A DNA stretch of 51,037 nucleotides from Spirochaetaceae bacterium (GTDB lineage Bacteria > Spirochaetota > Spirochaetia > CADAEX01), in NCBI GenBank assembly GCA_009780675.1, contig WQZP01000018.1, forward strand, positions 1-51,037. Direction: 5' to 3'. The notes under the pieces were generated by a model that did no database searches, was not told the DNA's origin, and worked only from the letters and a program-made list of their open reading frames with translations. Positions within the stretch are counted from its first letter, which is position 1. The number at the start of each line of letters is the position of its first letter. The position numbers were made by a program, and so were the translations under genes. This document shows positions 9,436 to 18,001 of the stretch, piece by piece.

Positions 9436-9496
9436 ATGGTTATAGGTTATTTTGGTTGATAAATAACTATATTTTTGATAAAATGAGCATTAAAAT

Positions 9497-9769
9497 ATGA
9501 AGCTAAAATCTATTAAAAACATTAGAAAAAAAGAAGCAAATTCTCTTTTGTATTACCGAAGTGATTATTTGGCAGAAGCGGTATTTGAATATGGAAAAGT
9601 TTCAAAGGAAGAGGAAATTCCTATTGGGATTACAATAGAAAAAAATGCACTTGGAGAAGCGCTGGTTAGTGTCAAAATCGATGGGCATATTAATTATCCT
9701 ATGTTAAATGCCATGAAAATACTCAAAGAGGAGATTTTAAAAATGCAATCAGATGGAATATTCAGCTGA
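9497..9769 (+). CDS. Hypothetical small protein
   Basis: 90-aa ORF with a weak RBS. Its stop overlaps the probable tsaE start region. Confidence 0.3.
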   Translation: MKLKSIKNIRKKEANSLLYYRSDYLAEAVFEYGKVSKEEEIPIGITIEKNALGEALVSVKIDGHINYPMLNAMKILKEEILKMQSDGIFS

Positions 9770-10188
9770 AAGCATTTTTTTCATATTCTGAGCAAGATAC
9801 TTTTAATATAGGAAAAGATTTTGCTCAAAAACTTACTCCAGGCTCTATAGTAGCGCTTTCCGGAACTTTGGGTAGTGGAAAAACAGCTTTTACAAAAGGG
9901 ATAGCAGAAGGACTTGGAATTTTCAATACTATTACAAGCCCAACTTTTACACTTATATGCGAATATGAGGGCAAAATCCCGCTTTTCCATATGGATCTAT
10001 ACAGACTAAATGATGTGAGTGAATTTGAGATGGCCGGGGGCAGGGATTTAATATATTCTAATGGAATATCTGTTATAGAGTGGGCAGAAAAACTAACAGA
10101 CTATTTTCCTGATAACACAATAAAAATTAATATAGAAATAGAAGAAAACGGAAGCAGAAAAATTACAATATATGAACTCTCTTCATAA
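9753..10188 (+). CDS. tsaE: tRNA t6A37 biosynthesis ATPase TsaE (YjeE); the N-terminus is frame-disrupted at a T7 run or uses a non-ATG start
   Basis: Frame 1 encodes ...SYSEQDTFNIGKDFAQKLTPGSIVALSGTLGSGKTAFTKGIAEGLG..., a TsaE N-terminus plus Walker A, but has no in-frame ATG. ATG 9753 is in frame 0 and joins if the T7 run at 9775-9781 were T6. In-frame ATT 9760 or CTG 9766 are alternative starts. Confidence 0.6.
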
Positions 10189-10336
10189 TGTAGACACATT
10201 ATGAAGAGATAACCACAAAACCCGCATTTTCGTAGCCTTAGGCGAGAAAATGCAAATCCAGCCACAAAGTGACCGACTTTGTGAAAGCTGGATACAATAT
10301 ATGGACTCTGTCCATAATGTAGACATTTATGAATAT
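10171..10336 (+). repeat. Structured intergenic element between tsaE and tsaB bounded by ~32-bp imperfect direct repeats
   Basis: Flanks: atgaactctcttcataatgtagacacattatgaagag at 10172 and atggactctgtccataatgtagacatttatgaatat at 10300. The first contains a 13-bp perfect inverted repeat tctcttcataatg/cattatgaagaga. Interior has nested hairpins gcattttcg..cgagaaaatgc and ccagc-cacaaagt...ctttgtg-aaa-gctgg. Confidence 0.4.
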
Positions 10337-11006
10337 AATAGCATTTGATACAAGTACAGAAAATCTGGGAATAGCATTAAAAACAAATAACACTTTATAC
10401 ACTATTGCTTTAAATGAATCATTAAAGCACTCTGAAAAACTTTTACCACTTACAGAAACTCTGTTTAATGCTGCTGCCATAAAAACGGAAAATATAGACC
10501 TTGTTATATGCTCCAAAGGACCTGGTTCTTTTACAGGCCTCAGAATAGGGATGGCAACAGCCAAGGGAATAGCTTTTGCTCTTTCTGTCCCTTTTGTATC
10601 AGTACCTACATTGGACTTTCTTGCCTCTGACTTATCATTTTTTGATGGCGCTGTTATCCCTGTAATTGATGCAAAAAGAAAAAGATACTACACTGCAATA
10701 TATGAAAAAGGGAGCAGAAAAACCGATTATCTTGATGCAGAATATAATGAAATAATAGAGTTATCAAATAAGTATAAAAAAATATTACTTACAGGCCCTT
10801 ATAGCAGTAAGTTATATAACGATATATTGGCTAATAAAGATATAGCTGATGAAAATATTTTTTTAGACCCTCGTTCAAACGATAGTAAAGTTAGTATGTG
10901 TCTTGAAATAGGCGTTGACTTGTATAATAAAGGGCTAACAGATAAAGATGATTCAGAGCCAATTTATATACGAAAAAGTGATGCCGAAGAAAAATCTGTA
11001 AAGTGA
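10329..11006 (+). CDS. tsaB: tRNA t6A37 biosynthesis protein TsaB (YeaZ)
   Basis: MNIIAFDTSTENLGIAL ... CSKGPGSFTGLRIGMATAKG, the diagnostic TsaB/TsaD-fold motifs. 225 aa. Confidence 0.85.
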   Translation: MNIIAFDTSTENLGIALKTNNTLYTIALNESLKHSEKLLPLTETLFNAAAIKTENIDLVICSKGPGSFTGLRIGMATAKGIAFALSVPFVSVPTLDFLASDLSFFDGAVIPVIDAKRKRYYTAIYEKGSRKTDYLDAEYNEIIELSNKYKKILLTGPYSSKLYNDILANKDIADENIFLDPRSNDSKVSMCLEIGVDLYNKGLTDKDDSEPIYIRKSDAEEKSVK

Positions 11007-11050
11007 GTTTATTGATCAACGCGCAGAGTTGCGCATGAAGTTTATTAACT

Positions 11051-11290
11051 TTATTTATCTGTTTCTTTTTTAAACATTGTATCAAGCGAAGGGATACTTT
11101 CTGTATTGAATTTCGCAGCTGCCTTATTTTCTTCCTGAATAGCCATATAAATTTCTTTTCTATAAATGGGGACAGATTTCGGAGCGTTAATTCCAAGTTT
11201 TACCTGGTCTCCCCTTATTTCAAGGACAATAACTTCGATATTGTCATTTATTATTATGCTATCATTTACCTTCCGCGCGAGCGCCAGCAT
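11051..11290 (-). CDS. csrA: Carbon storage regulator CsrA (translational repressor of flagellin)
   Basis: [48 protein letters not shown], the canonical CsrA fold sequence. The start is chosen at MLALARK, overlapping the fliW 3' end; an upstream MMSYLP start at 11320 is possible. Confidence 0.8.
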   Translation of the reverse strand: MLALARKVNDSIIINDNIEVIVLEIRGDQVKLGINAPKSVPIYRKEIYMAIQEENKAAAKFNTESIPSLDTMFKKETDK

Positions 11291-11738
11291 TTGTGCCCTC
11301 CTTGGAAGATAGCTCATCAATAATATAATGTTTGACTTGCCATTTTTTATTAAGTGAAATTAGTTGCCTGCCTATCCTGAGTTCCTTATTGATTATAATA
11401 GGTCCCTGCAAATTAGCTGTCATTCTTTTAGGATCAGCTGGTACTGTAACAATTGCATATATAAGTGTTTTATTTTTTTCAGCAGGTGTAAGTTCAAGCT
11501 CTGCAAGATCATCACTATCAACATCCGGATCATAGTCTGCCCTGAAAATTATTGGCTCAATAAGCACAAAAGCAAGATCCGGAACTTCTATTGCCTGCAA
11601 CCAGTAAAAAGGCCATTGATTTGCATTAAGAAGAGCATATTCTTTGATGTTTTCAAATCCAAAAATACCTTTGCTGAAATATACCCTCTGTGTATCATCA
11701 ATATTTATTATGCCTAAAGATTTTGTCTCAAGCTTCAT
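11262..11738 (-). CDS. fliW: Flagellar assembly factor FliW (CsrA antagonist)
   Basis: 158 aa. [37 protein letters not shown]...[13 protein letters not shown], FliW family signature. Immediately upstream of csrA as in Bacillus and spirochetes. Confidence 0.85.
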   Translation of the reverse strand: MKLETKSLGIINIDDTQRVYFSKGIFGFENIKEYALLNANQWPFYWLQAIEVPDLAFVLIEPIIFRADYDPDVDSDDLAELELTPAEKNKTLIYAIVTVPADPKRMTANLQGPIIINKELRIGRQLISLNKKWQVKHYIIDELSSKEGTNAGARAEGK

Positions 11739-11742
11739 TGGA

Positions 11743-12990
11743 TTACCTTAAAAAATCGAGTAATGTTTGAGGTAAAACCCTTGCAGCTGTCTGAAGAGAT
11801 GCTCTGTGGGTATGTTCAAGCATTCTAAGTTCCATAATAGCTTCGGCAAGGTCTATATTTACTTTTCTTGAATTTATGCCCTGTATTTCAGGGATCTGAA
11901 AAGCAAGCCTGTTTTGAACAATTTGCAATCTTTCATCTCTTGCCCCAAGTTTTCCTACCTGTAGTATAAGATGGTCCATCCCATTTTGGATCCCTCTAAG
12001 AGCCCCGCCGCCAATATCAATAACATTCCCGGCATAAAGGCTGTCTCTCAAACCTATTACTACATCAAAAAGAGAACCACCCGAAATTCTTGCGTCACCC
12101 GCAATGTTGTGCGGCGGGCGCTGATTGGTGTTTCCTATAAGGCCTAATTCCTGAAAAACACTCCCTTCGCCTAAATCTTCGATCCAAATCTGGTGGGGTT
12201 GTGTTGTTGAAAGATAAAGAGAATTTCTTACAGGGTCAAGCGTTGCTTTTACAGGAGCTCCGGAGTCATTGATTTTTGCAATAATTGCATGAACATTATC
12301 CCCTTCTTTTAAGTCAATAGTAACTCCACTTATATAAATAGATGAATCTTCTCTTACAAAAAAGCTTTCGGCATTCCTGGAAGATATAAGTATCTGGTTT
12401 TCTGCCCAAAAAACAGAATTTCCGGGAAAAGCTGATTTCGCATAACTCTGCTCAGATATTTCCACAATATTGTTTTTATTGGTTCCAATAAATTCTACAT
12501 TTGTCACCAAAGACCTGCCACTTCCGTCAACATATCCTGTAGTAGTTCTGAATGCCAGACTTAAACTTCTGTCACCTGAAAATATTGTTGTGCCATCGCC
12601 ATGTCTTGCATTTGAAATTTCAATAAGTTCACTTAAAAGTTGATTAACTTCCTCGGCCATCATTATTGTATCTTGTCTTGTGAAAGTGCTGTTAGAACCC
12701 TGGATAGCAAGCTCATTTACTCTGTGCAATATGTTTATAGCCTGCTGGAGATGCGCCTCTGCGACTCTTCCGCGACCCTGTATTTCTGCAGCATTGTCTG
12801 CAAACTGCTTGAGCCTTGAAATATTGGATTGCAGAACAACAGAATTCGCAGCAGCAATGGGAGCATCCCGCAAATTTGTAACTTTGCTTTGCGTTGCTAT
12901 TTTTCTGTGAATATTGTTAAGACTACTTTCCTGTCTTCTCATATAGAATTGAAGGTCTTCGTTACCCATATTTGTACTTATTCTTTTCAT
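11743..12990 (-). CDS. flgL: Flagellar hook-associated protein 3 FlgL
   Basis: 415 aa. N-terminal flagellin-like helix MKRISTNMGNEDLQFYMRRQESSLNNIHRKIATQSKVTNLRDAPIAAANS and a C-terminal helix. Directly downstream of flgK. Confidence 0.8.
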   Translation of the reverse strand: MKRISTNMGNEDLQFYMRRQESSLNNIHRKIATQSKVTNLRDAPIAAANSVVLQSNISRLKQFADNAAEIQGRGRVAEAHLQQAINILHRVNELAIQGSNSTFTRQDTIMMAEEVNQLLSELIEISNARHGDGTTIFSGDRSLSLAFRTTTGYVDGSGRSLVTNVEFIGTNKNNIVEISEQSYAKSAFPGNSVFWAENQILISSRNAESFFVREDSSIYISGVTIDLKEGDNVHAIIAKINDSGAPVKATLDPVRNSLYLSTTQPHQIWIEDLGEGSVFQELGLIGNTNQRPPHNIAGDARISGGSLFDVVIGLRDSLYAGNVIDIGGGALRGIQNGMDHLILQVGKLGARDERLQIVQNRLAFQIPEIQGINSRKVNIDLAEAIMELRMLEHTHRASLQTAARVLPQTLLDFLR

Positions 12991-13020
12991 CTTACTATTC
13001 CCCTATTTTAGCCACGTTAT

Positions 13021-14898
13021 TTATGATAATTTTAACCTGTTAACAACAATATCAAGCATCTCATTCATCTGTGATATAAATCTTGCAGCAGCAGCATATC
13101 CATGCTGAAACTTGATCATATTTGCGAGCTCTTCATCGATATTTACTCCTGAAATTGATTGCCTCATATCTTCAAGGTCTTTCATTATAAGATTGTGTGT
13201 TTCAAATGTTATTGCTGCCCGTTCCCCTTTTAGCCCGATATCTGCTATAACAGATGAAAAATATTGGTCAAAACTTGTAAATTTTCCAACCATAAGTTGC
13301 TGGTTCCGTAAAGATGCTATTGCAAGAGCTGCAGAACCATCCCCAGGATTTGCTGGCCGACCATTTGTGCCAAACCCGGCAGCTATATTCATTGAATCAG
13401 CAGCAATTGCCCGATTAACTTCGATCCATCCAGAAGGGTGACTTAATGGAGCAACAGCAAATTGCGTATTGCTGGCAAGCGATTCTACAGCATTGGCAGT
13501 TTCCCATGTATACGCCCCAGCGCTTCCGCTTGCAGCAAGGATGCCTGAATAACCAACAAGAAATTCCCCGGAATCTTCTATATGCTTGATAACAAAATCA
13601 GGGTTCCTTATGTTTTCTGCATGCATTGCCCTGAATACAAGCCTTCCTTCCTGGTTTAATGTGGCGCTTATTCTTGCAGGTGAGTTATTTATTCTGTCAA
13701 GAACATCCTGAACAGTATCTGTTGGAAAATATTCTATTGTAACATTGCTATCTGCGCCAGACAGGGTCATTGTCCCTCTTAACCCTATAAGTTCTGTTGG
13801 AACAAGGGAATTTGCGCCTGAAATTCTAAAAATATAAGTTGAATCAAAAACACCATCGCCGCTTCTGTCGTAATTTCCATCTACAGATAACACAAACGGA
13901 TGCTCTGTAAAAAAGTCAATACCTGTTGTGCCATTTGCTCCCCATGCGTTTCTATGCAAATAATTTACGTTATCAATAAAATTTATTGTCATAAGGTCCA
14001 GTTTCTGAATCTCTTCCCTTACATCCACATCTCTTAGCTCAAGAAAGGAAGCAAGCTGGCCACCCCTGATAGTTGCTATTTCGCCATTATGCTGCCATAT
14101 AACTCTTGAATACCCGCTATTTTCAGTATCAACCACTGTTGTTAGCGGATGGGTCACCCTCCCCTGCACCAGGTGAAGACCAGAAGTGTGTACCTGGAAC
14201 TCATCAGGGTCTCTGTTATCAACAGTAATATTTATAATAGACGATAGCTGATTAACAAGAAGATCTCTTCTGTCAAGAAGATCATTCGGATTGTCTCCCA
14301 TTGCCTTAACTTTTACTATTCGTTCATTTAGGTGAGCTATGTCAGATATGATCGTGTTAATCTTGGCAACAGCACCTGTAACTTCTGTTTCAAGCATATC
14401 TCTGATCTGGCGAAGTGCATTGTATCTGGTATGGATCGAATCTATGAGTGTTTTTCCTCTTTCAAGAACAACCTGCCTGGAAGCCATTTCTGATGGAGAA
14501 ATGGAAAGCACCTGCCAACCTTCCCAAAAATTATCCATGGCAGATCTTATGGAAAGATCTCCGGGTTCATTATATATTTTTTCTATCATTAAAATATAGC
14601 GGTCTCTTTCCTGCCAATATCCACGAATATTTGCCTGGGAAACAATGCGGCCTTCAAGAAGTTCATCTCTTATTCTTTCAACACTTGCAGCTACTACACC
14701 CTGCCCCAACTGCCCTGGAGTGTGCACCCTGTTAAGATGAGGCGCATATAATGGCTCAAAAGTTGTCAATCTTACCCGCTGCCTGCTGTATCCTTCGGTT
14801 GACGCATTGACAATATTGTGCCCGATTGTGGTCAAGGCTTTGTTATGCGCCATAAGACTTCTTTTTCCTATTTCAATTCCCATAAATGTGGATTGCAT
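13021..14898 (-). CDS. flgK: Flagellar hook-associated protein 1 FlgK
   Basis: 625 aa. MQSTFMGIEIGKRSLMAHNKALTTIGHNIVNASTEGYSRQRV matches the FlgK N-terminal consensus (..GHNIAN..T.GYSRQ). AAGGAG SD. Confidence 0.85.
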   Translation of the reverse strand: MQSTFMGIEIGKRSLMAHNKALTTIGHNIVNASTEGYSRQRVRLTTFEPLYAPHLNRVHTPGQLGQGVVAASVERIRDELLEGRIVSQANIRGYWQERDRYILMIEKIYNEPGDLSIRSAMDNFWEGWQVLSISPSEMASRQVVLERGKTLIDSIHTRYNALRQIRDMLETEVTGAVAKINTIISDIAHLNERIVKVKAMGDNPNDLLDRRDLLVNQLSSIINITVDNRDPDEFQVHTSGLHLVQGRVTHPLTTVVDTENSGYSRVIWQHNGEIATIRGGQLASFLELRDVDVREEIQKLDLMTINFIDNVNYLHRNAWGANGTTGIDFFTEHPFVLSVDGNYDRSGDGVFDSTYIFRISGANSLVPTELIGLRGTMTLSGADSNVTIEYFPTDTVQDVLDRINNSPARISATLNQEGRLVFRAMHAENIRNPDFVIKHIEDSGEFLVGYSGILAASGSAGAYTWETANAVESLASNTQFAVAPLSHPSGWIEVNRAIAADSMNIAAGFGTNGRPANPGDGSAALAIASLRNQQLMVGKFTSFDQYFSSVIADIGLKGERAAITFETHNLIMKDLEDMRQSISGVNIDEELANMIKFQHGYAAAARFISQMNEMLDIVVNRLKLS

Positions 14899-14913
14899 AT
14901 TAAATCTCCTTGC

Positions 14914-15417
14914 TTATAGCTGCTGGTCAAGCAGAAAAGGCGGGGCAATGGCAACTTTATTTGCCCCTTTATTGTCATATATCGTTCCCTTTCTCATTGG
15001 AAATGCTTCCTCGAAAACTTTTGCGATTGTTGATGTAATGGTGGAAAGATATGCATCTATTCTCATTGTTAAAGCTTTTACTTTAACTACGCTGACTTTT
15101 AAATCTCTGTAGAGAGAGTTCAAATAAACACTTTTTTCGGGGCAATATTTAGAAATGAAAGCATAGAAATCGCTGCTAGAATTATCATTACAACAAAATT
15201 TCATGGCATTATAAATATTGTTTCTTTCTATTTCTATTTTATCGATTTCTTCTGCCTGTTGTTGCAGATATATGATTTCATTATTGAGTTCTGCCCAATT
15301 TTTTAATGCAATCTGCTGTTTTAGGTTTTCCTCTGCAGTGTAAAAATCTTTAAATGCCTCTAGTTGCCTTTTAAGACAATTTTCCAGCTTTAGCGTATAT
15401 TCTTCTAAATTCATCAA
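14914..15417 (-). CDS. FlgN-like flagellar export chaperone (putative)
   Basis: 167-aa helical protein immediately upstream of flgK. Position matches flgN in flgN-flgK-flgL-fliW-csrA operons. Sequence similarity was not verified. Confidence 0.4.
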   Translation of the reverse strand: MMNLEEYTLKLENCLKRQLEAFKDFYTAEENLKQQIALKNWAELNNEIIYLQQQAEEIDKIEIERNNIYNAMKFCCNDNSSSDFYAFISKYCPEKSVYLNSLYRDLKVSVVKVKALTMRIDAYLSTITSTIAKVFEEAFPMRKGTIYDNKGANKVAIAPPFLLDQQL

Positions 15418-15437
15418 TATCCCCCCTCTCTACATAA

Positions 15438-15463
15438 GTATCGGAATATTTTAAAAGTTTTTA
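15438..15463 (-). promoter_or_regulatory. Candidate sigma28-type promoter for the flgN-flgK-flgL-fliW-csrA operon
   Basis: On the minus strand TAAA-N14-TCCGATAC compared with TAAA-N15-GCCGATAA, ending ~20 nt before the flgN-like ATG. Confidence 0.3.
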
Positions 15464-15515
15464 ATTAAAACTAGATGAATGAAAAGGGTAAGTATGGGGG
15501 TATTTTGCTATTATT

Positions 15516-16958
15516 TTATTGTCTTGCTAGCCTTTCCAGGGCTGCGTGGAGCAGTTCGCTGTCTGGGACTATTCTAAGCCCTTCCTGCACTGCTGCTATT
15601 GCATTGGCTATATCGCCTCTATTGTAAAAATTCACAAATCTGCCATGAAACACAACACCAATATCATGTTTTATATCTTCTTCGTGCTTTACCATTCTGG
15701 GGTCGCGCTCTGTTTCTTGCACACCTTGCTGCGCTATGTTGAGCGCATTTACCCAATCATTACCATTTAATAGCCTTATAGATTCTCTGCCATAGACAAA
15801 AACAAGAAATTCGTTTTTATTAGTCTTATTAATAAAATTTTGGACATAATATTCAAGTATTTTGGCGCGAGACGGTCCGAACCTGTTATTGTGGACGAAA
15901 AAATAGAGTTCTTTCTGGTTTATCTGGTTAAAAACATTCTGTTTTATTGCAGAATTAATTATGGGATTGGTCTCAAAAGCACGATAAAAATCTCTTGCCT
16001 GACTGATTTGGTTTCTACTAAAATATAGTACGACCCGGTTATGAAAGAGATCGTTGGCTGTAGTGATCAAAACCTCATGTTCATATACGGATGCTGCTTG
16101 TGAAAGGAAAATTATGGCGCTTCTGCTATCGCCTCTGTTGCTTAGATGCAGAGCGTGGTTTATAAACACATCCATCATACCTGAAAGAGAGGCGTCTGTA
16201 CCAAGAACTGCGTGTCTATCAACAGCAATAGGAACAGCATTTATGCAATCACCTCTACGCTGTAACTCCCCAATTCTGTTAGAGAGCACAAGGGCAAGTA
16301 ATTCTTTGGCGCTGATCTCAACCCGATCCCTGTAGTTGCCAGGGGGTACATAAGCAATTCCGATATTGCCAAGTGCGGTTATAACCTCCCTTTTTTCTCC
16401 AGGATTAAAGCCAAATCTGTTTGTTGTTTCAACATCTATGATTTTTCCGTCTATTATAACTGCGCAAAAAACATGGCCTCTTGTTCTTATAGCTCTTACA
16501 TCGAGATTATTCTGCATTGCAAGGGCATAATATACGACGCTTGATGAAACACAGTTAAAAACCCCTCTATCAAAAAGCTCATCAAGCCTTGTTCCTGTTC
16601 CTGCATATCTTCTTAAAAGGTTTTCATGCATAAAATGCAATATAGCTTCCCCTTTTTGAAAAGGATCAGCCAGATTTATATTGTTTCTTTGATAATGCAG
16701 GGAAAGATTGCTGGCAAGCGCTTCGTATCTTTGAACAAAAAGCTGGGCATTTTCTCTACTTACGCCTGAAAAGCGGAATGCATAGTACATGAATTCAGTG
16801 GCAGTTAGGGATTGTGCTCTGTTCAGGGCTACAGCATCGGGGTCGGGAATAAGGGCAGCTGGTATTGCTGCTGCTGTCTGCTGCGTAAAACTGCTTAGTA
16901 TAAAACCAAAAAGCAGTATTAAAATTAAACAAAACCTTTTATGTTTGAATCTTTTCAT
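15516..16958 (-). CDS. Secreted transglutaminase-like putative cysteine protease domain protein
   Basis: Signal peptide MKRFKHKRFCLILILLFGFILSSFTQQTAAA. Core GVFNCVSSSVVYYALAMQNNLDVRAIRTRGHVFCAVIIDGKIIDVETT, with Cys...His...Asp spacing like transglutaminase-like domains. Confidence 0.4.
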   Translation of the reverse strand: MKRFKHKRFCLILILLFGFILSSFTQQTAAAIPAALIPDPDAVALNRAQSLTATEFMYYAFRFSGVSRENAQLFVQRYEALASNLSLHYQRNNINLADPFQKGEAILHFMHENLLRRYAGTGTRLDELFDRGVFNCVSSSVVYYALAMQNNLDVRAIRTRGHVFCAVIIDGKIIDVETTNRFGFNPGEKREVITALGNIGIAYVPPGNYRDRVEISAKELLALVLSNRIGELQRRGDCINAVPIAVDRHAVLGTDASLSGMMDVFINHALHLSNRGDSRSAIIFLSQAASVYEHEVLITTANDLFHNRVVLYFSRNQISQARDFYRAFETNPIINSAIKQNVFNQINQKELYFFVHNNRFGPSRAKILEYYVQNFINKTNKNEFLVFVYGRESIRLLNGNDWVNALNIAQQGVQETERDPRMVKHEEDIKHDIGVVFHGRFVNFYNRGDIANAIAAVQEGLRIVPDSELLHAALERLARQ

Positions 16959-17065
16959 AAAATATTATCAATGCTATGTTATAAAATATAATTTATTAAT
17001 AAGAAAAAAACAAACTATTAATAAAATTTGCTTCATAAAAGCATTATCGGAATTAGGAGTTAAAA

Positions 17066-18001
17066 ATGCAGGCAGAGAGGGATATAATTATTATTGGCGG
17101 TGGGCCTGCAGGGCTTACTGCTGCTCTGTATTGCGCCAGGGGCAATCTAAATACTTTACTGATAGAAGAGTTGGCATCCGGAGGGCAGACTCTTCAGATA
17201 CATGATATTGAAAATTATCCGGGATTTTCCAAGCCAATATCAGGGGCAGAGCTTTCCAGGGAAATGGAAGAGCAGGCTTTGAAATTTGGAGCTGAAATTT
17301 TTAACGCAAGTGTAAAAAAAGTAGAAAAAAAAGATAATGTTTTTTATGTTTTAACAGATGCAGGAGAATTTACTGCTTATGCTGTTATTATCGCAACAGG
17401 GGCAAAGCATAAAATGCTTGGGGTAAGCGGGGAAAAAAAGCTTTCCGGCATGGGGGTTTCATACTGCGCGACTTGTGATGGGCCGTTTTTTAAGAATAAA
17501 AAAATACTTGCAATAGGTGGCGGAGACACAGCCTGCAGTGAATCCCTTTACCTTTCCAAACTTACAGATAAAGTTGTTTTAATCCATAGAAAAGACAGAT
17601 TCAGGGCACAAAAAGTGCTTGCGGAAAGAACGTTAAAAAATAAAAATATTGAGGTAAGATTTAATACAGAGTGCAAAGAGATAAAAGGTGAAAAAAAAGT
17701 GGAAAAAGCAGTTCTAACAGGGGCTGATGGCAAGCAATACGAAGAGGATTTTGATGCTGTTTTTATTTTTGTTGGCTCAACACCCCAGACAAACGGGTTT
17801 CCGCCTGAACTTGAGAAAGACCCAGGGGGCTATATTGTTGCAACTAACGAGATGAAAACTTCGATAAAAGGGCTTTTTGTCGCAGGGGATGTGAGGACAA
17901 CCCCACTTAGGCAAATTGTTGTATCTTGCGGAGATGGGGCGATTGCGTCTCACTCTGCAGAAAATTATATAAATGAACTTAAGGGGTTATCTTATAAATA
18001 A
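17066..18001 (+). CDS. trxB: Thioredoxin reductase
   Basis: IIIGGGPAGLTAALYCARG FAD-binding site, redox-active CATCDG, NADPH-binding GGGDTACSE. 311 aa. Confidence 0.9.
   Translation: MQAERDIIIIGGGPAGLTAALYCARGNLNTLLIEELASGGQTLQIHDIENYPGFSKPISGAELSREMEEQALKFGAEIFNASVKKVEKKDNVFYVLTDAGEFTAYAVIIATGAKHKMLGVSGEKKLSGMGVSYCATCDGPFFKNKKILAIGGGDTACSESLYLSKLTDKVVLIHRKDRFRAQKVLAERTLKNKNIEVRFNTECKEIKGEKKVEKAVLTGADGKQYEEDFDAVFIFVGSTPQTNGFPPELEKDPGGYIVATNEMKTSIKGLFVAGDVRTTPLRQIVVSCGDGAIASHSAENYINELKGLSYK

Noticed and set aside
11012-11040. Hairpin gcgca-gagt-tgcgc after tsaB/csrA as a terminator
   Set aside because: The stem is only 5 bp. It is plausible as a weak bidirectional terminator but too short to call with confidence.
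11332-11717. Plus-strand ORFs antisense to fliW
   Set aside because: They have Cys/Ile-rich low-complexity products opposite a well-conserved FliW gene.
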